Assembly: GCA_947589625.1 (NCBI GenBank)
Contig: CANQCM010000001.1
Location: 1 to 32,641, forward strand
Source of the DNA: an uncultured Alphaproteobacteria bacterium
Lineage (GTDB): Bacteria; Pseudomonadota; Alphaproteobacteria; Rs-D84
Direction: 5' to 3'
DNA: 32,641 nt
Positions 1-6,937 of this stretch are shown here, piece after piece (the stretch's first letter is position 1; every line of letters starts with the position of its first letter). The notes below the pieces were generated by a model, which did no database searches, was not told where the DNA came from, and saw nothing but the letters and a program-made list of their open reading frames with translations. The position numbers and the translations under genes are program-made.

Positions 1-818
1 TCGTCACCAACAGTAACATCAACACCACCATTTAATGTCAGATGTCCAGTAACTGCACTGCTGGACAAATAAGTCAGGCTTGAACCGCTTTCAAATATAT
101 TTTGCCCACCAAATAAATTTGCACCTTTTTTAACAGTAACCTTGCCTTTCTTGTTTTCAAATTTACCTTTGAACTGGTCATTATTTCCACCTAATTCAAC
201 TGTATTTTCACCATCATGAGTAATAGTACCATCACCATATATACCAGTACCAAATGAAACTGTTCCAGCCTCACCGTTTATTAATATAGTTGCGTGTGGC
301 GCATTATAAATATCACCAGCGTTTGTTCCACGGCGCGACCCACCATTATTGCTTTCAAACTTAACATCTTTATTTTGTTCAGATTGTAAAACCAAAGTGC
401 CATGATTTATGATGGCACCTGAATTTGCAACGCTACTGCTGCCCCAAAACTCTTTTAATGTTATATTTTTTAGTGTTAATGTTGTATTTGCACCAATAAT
501 AAACGCATCACCGTTCATTGTGGATTGTTTATTTCCATTACTATTTTTATTATAACCCTTTAATGTATGCCCATTACCATTAATAACCATATTCGGGTTA
601 GATTGTTCACCAGTTCCTTTTAAATCAAAATATTTACTATTTGCATCAAATGTAATATCAGCACTTAAATCTATCGCAGATTCAGGCTTTTTCAAACCAT
701 CTTCAATCGCTTTTTGTAAGGAATTATAATCACTAACCGATGTATCTTGCGCATGTGCGGTTACTGCCATCAAAATGATTGGGAATATTAAAGATACTCT
801 GATGATGTTTTTATTCAT
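1..818 (-). CDS. Secreted repeat protein resembling a polymorphic-membrane-protein / autotransporter passenger. Only the N-terminal part is present; the ORF runs off the window start.
   Basis: Manual reverse-complement translation from ATG (818..816) stays open for all 272 codons down to position 1. It is absent from the ORF track because it has no stop in the window. AGGA (complement 825..828) lies 6 nt upstream of the ATG. The N-terminus MNKNIIRVSLIFPIILMAVTAHA/QD looks like a Sec signal peptide. The body is G/N/T-rich with a GGAI-like motif (SGAIINHG), an FxxN-like motif (FESNN), and repeated G-x-V/L-x-L beta-strand patterns. Confidence 0.7.
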   Translation of the reverse strand, partial: MNKNIIRVSLIFPIILMAVTAHAQDTSVSDYNSLQKAIEDGLKKPESAIDLSADITFDANSKYFDLKGTGEQSNPNMVINGNGHTLKGYNKNSNGNKQSTMNGDAFIIGANTTLTLKNITLKEFWGSSSVANSGAIINHGTLVLQSEQNKDVKFESNNGGSRRGTNAGDIYNAPHATILINGEAGTVSFGTGIYGDGTITHDGENTVELGGNNDQFKGKFENKKGKVTVKKGANLFGGQNIFESGSSLTYLSSSAVTGHLTLNGGVDVTVGD

Positions 819-897
819 GGTTCGTCCTTAATGTTTACTTATATGCCTCAGATTAGAACAGAAAATCCTAAAAATCAAGTATTTTGTGCGGATTTCC

Positions 898-926
898 TTG
901 ACCGTAACCGATTTGATACCTATATC
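898..926 (+). promoter_or_regulatory. Candidate sigma70-type promoter for gadB (TTGACC-N17-TATATC)
   Basis: Hexamers read directly at 898..903 and 921..926 with a 17-nt spacer, about 55 nt upstream of the gadB ATG. Confidence 0.35.
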
Positions 927-941
927 ATTTTTTCGCTAAAT

Positions 942-967
942 TTGTGATTAATTTAATATATTCACAA
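942..967. promoter_or_regulatory. Inverted repeat TTGTGA-N14-TCACAA between the candidate promoter and the gadB RBS (possible operator)
   Basis: TTGTGA at 942..947 and TCACAA at 962..967 are exact reverse complements. The spacer is pure A/T (TTAATTTAATATAT). The GGAGAG RBS is at 971..976 and the ATG at 982. Confidence 0.4.
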
Positions 968-981
968 AATGGAGAGAAAGT

Positions 982-2361
982 ATGAAAAAACAATCTGATT
1001 CTAAAAAACAAATCCGCGATATGGTTGATGACGATATTTTCGCGTCAGATGAACTGAAACATGTTCTGCCAGATTTCAAAATGCCACGCCGTGAACAAGA
1101 CGCAGACCGCATATACCAAGCGGTTCGCGATGAATTAATGATGGACGGTAATGCACGGCAAAATCTGGCGACTTTCTGTCAGACATGGGTTGATGAAAAT
1201 TCTCATAAATTAATGGATCAATCTATTGATAAAAATATGATTGATAAAGACGAATACCCACAAACCGCAGAAATAGAACGCCGATGTGTCGCAATGCTGG
1301 CTGACCTGTGGCACAGTCCAAATCCGCGCACAACAATGGGCTGTTCAACAACAGGGTCGTCCGAGGCGGCTATGCTGGGCGGATTGGCACTGCTGCGCAA
1401 ATGGCAATCAACACATAAACGCGGAAAACCAAATCTGGTGTGTGGGCCCGTTCAGATTTGTTGGCATAAATTCTGTCGCTATTGGGATATTGAAATGCGC
1501 GAAGTACCCCTTGCCCCCGACCGTTTAATGATGACACCTGACGAAATGTTGAAATATATTGACGAAAATACTATTGCGGTTGTGCCAACATTGGGCATTA
1601 CATACACAGGCCGATATGAAAATGTTGAATCAATTGCGCGCGCACTGGACGCATACCAGCGCAAAACTGGTATTGATATTCCAATTCATGTTGATGCGGC
1701 ATCTGGCGGATTTCTGGCGCCGTTTTGCCAGCCTGAATTAAAATGGGATTTTCGCATTCCGCGTGTAAAATCCATCAATTCATCAGGACATAAATTCGGT
1801 CTGTCGCCATTGGGTGTTGGTTGGGTCGTGTGGCGCACCCGTCAAGATTTACCAGATAATTTAATATTCTGGGTCAATTACTTGGGCGGAAATATGCCAA
1901 CATTTGCATTGAACTTTTCGCGGCCAGCGGGTCAAATAATCTGTCAATATTATAATCTGTTGCACCTAGGGTTTGAAGGTTATAAACGTATACAAGACGC
2001 ATGTTATGACACGGCAAAATATCTGGCACGCGAATTAAATAAATTAAAAATATTTGATTTAGTTGCAGATGGTACAGACGGCATACCAGCGGTCGCATGG
2101 CGGTTAAAGAAAAATGCGTCTGTAAATTTCACACTGTATGATTTGGCAGATCGCCTGCGCACAAATGGGTGGTTGTCGCCTGCGTATTCTATGCCACCAA
2201 ATGCCCAAGATGTTGTTGTTATGCGCGTCTTGGTCAAGCATGGATTTTCGCGCGATCTGGCAGACTTGTATATAAATGATATAAAACGCGCCCTTGATTT
2301 CTTTGCATCGCACCCTGTACAGACACCATTGAAACGCGGCAGTTTCAATCACGGAAAATAA
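982..2361 (+). CDS. gadB: Glutamate decarboxylase (PLP-dependent, group II)
   Basis: 459-aa ORF. It has the PLP-lysine motif [22 protein letters not shown], close to E. coli GadA/B ([22 protein letters not shown]). Length also matches (about 466 aa in E. coli). An RBS is present. Confidence 0.9.
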   Translation: MKKQSDSKKQIRDMVDDDIFASDELKHVLPDFKMPRREQDADRIYQAVRDELMMDGNARQNLATFCQTWVDENSHKLMDQSIDKNMIDKDEYPQTAEIERRCVAMLADLWHSPNPRTTMGCSTTGSSEAAMLGGLALLRKWQSTHKRGKPNLVCGPVQICWHKFCRYWDIEMREVPLAPDRLMMTPDEMLKYIDENTIAVVPTLGITYTGRYENVESIARALDAYQRKTGIDIPIHVDAASGGFLAPFCQPELKWDFRIPRVKSINSSGHKFGLSPLGVGWVVWRTRQDLPDNLIFWVNYLGGNMPTFALNFSRPAGQIICQYYNLLHLGFEGYKRIQDACYDTAKYLARELNKLKIFDLVADGTDGIPAVAWRLKKNASVNFTLYDLADRLRTNGWLSPAYSMPPNAQDVVVMRVLVKHGFSRDLADLYINDIKRALDFFASHPVQTPLKRGSFNHGK

Positions 2362-2389
2362 AAATTGCCCCGTTTGGGGCATTTTTATT
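2362..2389. terminator. Bidirectional rho-independent terminator shared by gadB and the convergent orf205
   Basis: Stem TGCCCC (2366..2371), loop GTTT, stem GGGGCA (2376..2381). An A-run lies upstream and TTTTTATT downstream, so the structure has a U-tract on both strands. Confidence 0.75.
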
Positions 2390-3002
2390 CAAAACATTTT
2401 TTTAACGATGTGCCATCGTCTAATTGGTCAACGCGCTTGTTTCTTATCTCTTGCGCAGCGTTTATTTTTTGTTTTACCAAAATCAGTTCTGGGTGCGATT
2501 GCAATTTTTTATTTAATTGGTCAATTGCCGAATCTATTTCTGATTCAGAATGAACAAACACTGGCATAATAGAATTTGCCGCGTTATAAATAGAATTCTT
2601 TAATTCTGAATTAAAATCGTCCATCACAGATAAATATGCGCGAATATGTTCGTCTTCGTGTGCCAAAATCGCATCATAAGAACATGTGTTCGGTTTATGA
2701 CGAATATCAATTTGCACCAGAAAATCACTATATCCGACATCTGCATCAATTTCTTTTATTGCGACACAAAATCCGTCTTCTATATTTGTAATGTCTGCAA
2801 CAATATCATAATTGTCATTCATTGTCGCAATAACATCACCATGTAATAAATCCATTTCTTGCAATGGTTGAACAACTTGTTTGACCCATTGTGGACTGGT
2901 TAAATTTATTGTTGGCTTTAATTTATACGGCATGCAATCGTCAGAATATGCCAATGTCGGAATAAATAAAAATGCAGAAAAAATTATATTTTTAATTTGC
3001 AT
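2385..3002 (-). CDS. Secreted hypothetical protein with an HExxH motif (possibly a DUF922-like Zn-peptidase fold), last gene of the virB3-virB4 unit
   Basis: 205-aa ORF. The N-terminus MQIKNIIFSAFLFIPTLAYS/DD resembles a signal peptide. It contains the motif AHEDEH. The ATG (3002) lies 2 nt after the virB4 stop (3005..3007), implying translational coupling. The family assignment is a recollection, not a search result. Confidence 0.7.
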   Translation of the reverse strand: MQIKNIIFSAFLFIPTLAYSDDCMPYKLKPTINLTSPQWVKQVVQPLQEMDLLHGDVIATMNDNYDIVADITNIEDGFCVAIKEIDADVGYSDFLVQIDIRHKPNTCSYDAILAHEDEHIRAYLSVMDDFNSELKNSIYNAANSIMPVFVHSESEIDSAIDQLNKKLQSHPELILVKQKINAAQEIRNKRVDQLDDGTSLKKCFE

Positions 3003-3004
3003 TT

Positions 3005-5425
3005 TTATAAATCACCACCGCCGCTTTTTTTCAAGTATTCTGAAACAAAACTATTTCCATATTGCTGGTATAATTCTTCTGCCAGTAATACAGATGAACG
3101 GCCTGATTCAAATAACCGCAATAAATTACCCAACCCACCCAGTTCCGTATTTAATATCACAGATTCACCTGTGACCGGTCTTGATAATAATACGGCGCGT
3201 TTCAAATTAGGATATGCCTTGCCCTGAATAAATGCCATTTCCAGTGGATTCAAATTCCAATGTTCGTAATCATTTGCGTCTGCCGCAGGATTACGGAAAA
3301 ACAGTACTGTTTGCGCCTGACCACGAACAACATCGCCAATACCTAATTTATCCAGAACATTTGCGCGTTGAAATGCAACCATATATGCTTGACGATTTTT
3401 GCGCCCTTCTTGCAGACCTGTAATAAAATTATCGCGAAACATTTTGTTTTCCAGCATTGGCGCTGTTTCATCAATCATAATCAATGACGGATTACCACCC
3501 GACACAGTTATATTATTTATACGATGTAAAATATATGATATGACCGCAGGTGCCAATGTCGCATCTTGCAAAATATCTGTAAAATCAAATGTCGTCAGAC
3601 GCGATTGCAAATCAAGAGTATCTGCAGATTCATTAAACATATCGCCATATTGCAGTGGGTCAACCCACTTTTTTAATGCACCACGCATATTGCCTTCGGA
3701 CGAAAAACAACTTTCCCACAGATTTTTCAGCAAACGGTCTTTTTCTGGTAAATAGTCAAAATTCACCGACACAGCGCGCGCAATTTCGTCTGCAGAAAAA
3801 GCATCTTCTTGACCAGAAATCATTGCCAACCAACGCCGCAAAAATGCGCGGTTTGCCGCCGTATCAGATATTTTTAACGGGTTCAAATGTGTTTCAAAAG
3901 AAATTGCGTTTTCGTCTGTATTTTTATCTTTGCCCTGCATCGTTATATACTTGCCACCAACAGACAATGTAAATATTTCTGCACCTTTATTACGGTCAAA
4001 GAAAAATGCTTTTAATTTTTTATGACGCAATGATTGCGCAATCAAGAAACTAAACAGTGTTGTTTTACCACCCCCAGTTGGCCCAATTGTCAGAGTATGC
4101 GCCACCGCCGCAGGTTTGTCTGATACATGAAATTGAAATTGATACGGTGTACCTTGGGCGGTTGGAAATATAACCAATGGCCCACGACCCCAATCAGAAT
4201 TTGCAACACCGCGCGGTGTACTGGACATCGGAATACTGATTGCCGCGGTGCGCGACAACATTTTGAAACTGCGCGGAAATGTATCAAAGCCTGGAATTTG
4301 TGCAAACCAAGAAACTTGTGCAGCGAAATTTTCTATAATCGGCGAAATACCAAAAGACGCGCAAATCTTTTTGAATTCATCAATATAATTATTCAATTCT
4401 TCTTGGGTTGCGCCAGATATAATAAACAGCGGATAAAAATTCACCAGTGTTTGATTACCAGAAATATTTTCGTCCATCGCACTTTGTGCCGCATTTATTT
4501 GCTGTTCTGTTGAATCTGTTTTTTCGTCTGCGGTTGCTTGTCGTTGGCGAATTGTGGCTTCTACTTCGGACGCGCCCATAATACGAAATGCGTTCATACA
4601 AACCATTTCTGTTTGAATTGTTGATACAGATGTAAAGAAATCTTCGTCCAGATAATCAGGCGACATTTTGAAAGACGCCATTGCTGCAAAAGATTGCTGG
4701 TTGCCACTGACATACCGAACCAGCCCATGACGAATAAAATTCACATCGTCAACAGTTGCCAATTCAGATAAACGATTATCACAAACGCGCGGTGATGGCT
4801 TGGAAATTGGCGATAAAATGCGCCCGAAAAATTTCGCCATATTATCAGTATTGTTATTGCGCAATACAGACGGTTTATATGCCGCCAAAATAGATTCTAT
4901 ATAATTTCCATATTGATTTAATTTATCACGCGCATTTGCACCAGATACAGTCAAAACAATATAATAATTATTCAAAAATATTTTTAACCCTTGCGCGCGC
5001 CATTTATCATAAATTTTCTGTAATACAGGCTGGTCAAATTCGTAATTAGTATTTTCATCGGCGGCATCACGCGTCATAAAGAACCGCAACACCGCATTTG
5101 AATCGTTTATTTGGTTAAATAATTGAGTACGCAATTCCAGAAATTTTTCACGCGTTGCGTCATCTTGCATACTGGTTTGAACACCATTGACCCGATAAAC
5201 CCGTACCAGTGATCCATCTGATAATTCCACAGAATCGTCATTATAAACAGTTTTGAACGGCATATATTGTGAATAACGCGCATAACCAAAACTGGGGAAA
5301 ATACGGCGCGTCAATGCAGGCAGATACATCATCAACAAAATAAATACAAAAATTACCGCCATTGCCAAAACAGTAATAGTTATTGGAAATCCACCACCTG
5401 CAAAATATTCAAAAAATTTATTCAT
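3005..5425 (-). CDS. virB4: Type IV secretion system ATPase VirB4
   Basis: 806-aa ORF with Walker A GPTGGGKTT and Walker B-like LIMIDETAP. The N-terminal TM segment, the size, and the position directly after virB3 are all typical of VirB4/TrbE. Confidence 0.93.
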   Translation of the reverse strand: MNKFFEYFAGGGFPITITVLAMAVIFVFILLMMYLPALTRRIFPSFGYARYSQYMPFKTVYNDDSVELSDGSLVRVYRVNGVQTSMQDDATREKFLELRTQLFNQINDSNAVLRFFMTRDAADENTNYEFDQPVLQKIYDKWRAQGLKIFLNNYYIVLTVSGANARDKLNQYGNYIESILAAYKPSVLRNNNTDNMAKFFGRILSPISKPSPRVCDNRLSELATVDDVNFIRHGLVRYVSGNQQSFAAMASFKMSPDYLDEDFFTSVSTIQTEMVCMNAFRIMGASEVEATIRQRQATADEKTDSTEQQINAAQSAMDENISGNQTLVNFYPLFIISGATQEELNNYIDEFKKICASFGISPIIENFAAQVSWFAQIPGFDTFPRSFKMLSRTAAISIPMSSTPRGVANSDWGRGPLVIFPTAQGTPYQFQFHVSDKPAAVAHTLTIGPTGGGKTTLFSFLIAQSLRHKKLKAFFFDRNKGAEIFTLSVGGKYITMQGKDKNTDENAISFETHLNPLKISDTAANRAFLRRWLAMISGQEDAFSADEIARAVSVNFDYLPEKDRLLKNLWESCFSSEGNMRGALKKWVDPLQYGDMFNESADTLDLQSRLTTFDFTDILQDATLAPAVISYILHRINNITVSGGNPSLIMIDETAPMLENKMFRDNFITGLQEGRKNRQAYMVAFQRANVLDKLGIGDVVRGQAQTVLFFRNPAADANDYEHWNLNPLEMAFIQGKAYPNLKRAVLLSRPVTGESVILNTELGGLGNLLRLFESGRSSVLLAEELYQQYGNSFVSEYLKKSGGGDL

Positions 5426-5427
5426 TT

Positions 5428-5745
5428 TTATGCCGCTAATCTTTTAGGTATTTTGTCTTTGAATAATTTTATTTTTGCCGCAATTATTTGCCCCAGTTGC
5501 GGATCGCGTTTGGCAAATATCGCAATGATAGAATGAACAATTATCACAGAAATTAGAAAATACAACGGGTTAATTGCATTTTGACCCTTGGTTATTATTA
5601 AATCTATGGTGAAAATTATTATAAATATTATAAATTGAATAACAAAGTTCAACACCGCCAAAGTATATGGCACATAAAATAACCTTGCAGGATTTGCAAA
5701 AGCTTTCAAAACCTGTTGTTTCAATGGTAATAATCCTCCTAACAT
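5428..5745 (-). CDS. virB3: Type IV secretion system protein VirB3
   Basis: Small two-TM protein. The segment VLKAFANPARLFYVPYTLAVLN matches the VirB3 signature (xxTRPAxxxGVPxxxxxxN). Its stop lies 2 nt before the virB4 ATG. The start is ambiguous. The track uses TTG 5784, which overlaps the motif array. I list ATG 5745. An in-frame TTG at 5724 is preceded by a perfect AGGAGGA (complement 5734..5740) and may be the real start. Confidence 0.8.
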   Translation of the reverse strand: MLGGLLPLKQQVLKAFANPARLFYVPYTLAVLNFVIQFIIFIIIFTIDLIITKGQNAINPLYFLISVIIVHSIIAIFAKRDPQLGQIIAAKIKLFKDKIPKRLAA

Positions 5746-5759
5746 AAAAATTATAACAA

Positions 5760-5956
5760 TTTCAACAGTTTTCAACAAGAACAAAAAGTATTTAGATAAA
5801 ATTGTTGAAATCTGTTGAAAACTTTCACTTTTTCAACTGTTTATTAAACAGGTGGTATTTTTCAACAGATTTTCTATACCCCGCAGAAATCTGGCAAAAA
5901 ATTGTTGAAAAATTGTTGATAAAAAATTAAAAACTCGTTTTCAACAATTTCAACAG
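5760..5956. promoter_or_regulatory. Array of 10 copies of a 9-bp motif TTTCAACA(G/A), reverse complement YTGTTGAAA, in the virB3/rpmJ divergent intergenic region
   Basis: Forward copies start at 5760, 5770, 5860, 5939 and 5948, plus the variant TTTCAACTG at 5831. Reverse copies start at 5802, 5812 and 5902, plus the variant TTGTTGATA at 5913. Four tandem pairs are spaced 9-11 bp apart. 5760..5778 and 5802..5820 form an 18/19 inverted repeat. Confidence 0.6.
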
Positions 5957-5989
5957 GTACAATAAAAACAACAAATATATAATAATTAT

Positions 5990-6017
5990 TTGATTTTATG
6001 TAAAAAGCGTTTATAAT
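5990..6017 (+). promoter_or_regulatory. Candidate sigma70-type promoter for rpmJ (TTGATT-N16-TATAAT)
   Basis: Hexamers at 5990..5995 and 6012..6017 with a 16-nt spacer, about 24 nt upstream of the rpmJ ATG. Confidence 0.45.
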
Positions 6018-6040
6018 GCCAAGGCAAAAAGGATTTAGAC

Positions 6041-6175
6041 ATGAAATTTTTAAGTTCATTAAAGGCTTGGAAAAAACGCGGTAATGTTAAACAAATTCGC
6101 CGTGGAAAACAAGTTATCTTGATTGACCCTAATAATCCTAAATTAAAGGCTAAACAAGGGTTCAAGAAAAAATAA
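6041..6175 (+). CDS. rpmJ: 50S ribosomal protein L36 (Cys-less type, as in alphaproteobacteria)
   Basis: Not in the ORF track because it is only 44 aa. Translation: MKFLSSLKAWKKRGNVKQIRRGKQVILIDPNNPKLKAKQGFKKK. This aligns with the non-zinc L36 pattern MKxxxSLKxxKxR...RRxGxxxVIxxxNPxxKAxQG. An AAAGGA RBS lies 7 nt upstream and a hairpin terminator follows. Confidence 0.85.
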   Translation: MKFLSSLKAWKKRGNVKQIRRGKQVILIDPNNPKLKAKQGFKKK

Positions 6176-6200
6176 CATGCCAATTGGTTTTGTTTTTATG

Positions 6201-6228
6201 CCTGTGATATTTCACGGGTATTTTTTTT
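6201..6228 (+). terminator. Rho-independent terminator after rpmJ
   Basis: CCTGTGA (6201..6207) pairs with TCACGGG (6212..6218), including one G-T pair. The loop is TATT and a T8 run lies at 6221..6228. Confidence 0.6.
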
Positions 6229-6229
6229 A

Positions 6230-6910
6230 TTAAAATAATGAAAAATCGTTTTTGAATGCTTCGCGCATGGCGGCATCAGCCTCGGCACCGGAAAGTCCTG
6301 CACCCCGTAAAAATTGAATTTTATCGGGGCTGATATTATAAATAGATGCACTGTGACCAGCATTTTGTGGAACGGAATTTATTCTTTGCGATGGCATAAA
6401 TTCTATTTTCGCCGATTTATCAGCCATAACAGACATTGAAATATCAGAATTTGCGTTTTCTATATTTTTCAAAATTTGTGCGGTGGCGTGTATAACTGTT
6501 TTAGAATTTTTTTCAGCCAAGATTCTAGATTGGATTAAAATCCCTGTATCATCGTATAAATGTTCGGCGTTTATATTTATATTTAATTCGTTAAAATTTT
6601 GGGCAAATATTTGACCGCGCATTTCAGAATTTTTACCGGCATTTTTTACAAAAATATCAAAAAAAGCCGGCTTTTTATTATTTATATTTACACTTAAAAA
6701 GACCGGTTGATTTGGCACAGAAATATCAATATTTAACCGACATTTACCGGCAATTTCGCCAATATAAATTATATGAACAGGTTTTTCGTATTTTTTATTT
6801 ATTTGTGTGTCGGGCAAAGTAGATAATTCTGGGCAAAATTCACCATCGCGAAAAACAACAGTTTCCGCCGCAAAGGTTTTTATATTGAATTCTTGCCAAA
6901 GGTATGACAT
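6230..6910 (-). CDS. Short stand-alone SufD/SufB-family (UPF0051 beta-helix) protein
   Basis: 226-aa ORF. The C-terminal segment AGHSASIYNISPDKIQFLRGAGLSGAEADAAMREAF matches the conserved SufB/SufD C-terminus (xGHxAxxGxLdeexLFYLxSRGixxxxAxxLLxxAF). It is roughly half the length of canonical SufD, and no sufB/C/S genes are nearby. Confidence 0.65.
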   Translation of the reverse strand: MSYLWQEFNIKTFAAETVVFRDGEFCPELSTLPDTQINKKYEKPVHIIYIGEIAGKCRLNIDISVPNQPVFLSVNINNKKPAFFDIFVKNAGKNSEMRGQIFAQNFNELNININAEHLYDDTGILIQSRILAEKNSKTVIHATAQILKNIENANSDISMSVMADKSAKIEFMPSQRINSVPQNAGHSASIYNISPDKIQFLRGAGLSGAEADAAMREAFKNDFSLF

Positions 6911-6937
6911 ATTATTTCTATTATAAAGGATTTAATT

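Noticed and set aside
5760-5956. Interpreting the TTTCAACA array as DnaA boxes or oriC, IHF sites, parS, or CtrA boxes.
   Set aside because: The motif does not match TTATCCACA (DnaA), TGTTNCACGTGAAACA (parS) or TTAA-N7-TTAA (CtrA), and fits the IHF consensus WATCAANNNNTTR only partially. No dnaA, dnaN or par genes are adjacent. It is kept as an unassigned regulator-binding array.
5874-6183. Two minus-strand track ORFs (5874..6059 and 5986..6183) in the virB3-rpmJ intergenic region.
   Set aside because: They overlap the motif array and run antisense to the clearly identifiable rpmJ gene, its promoter and its RBS. The translations are low-complexity (I/F/N/K-rich) as expected from AT-rich non-coding DNA.
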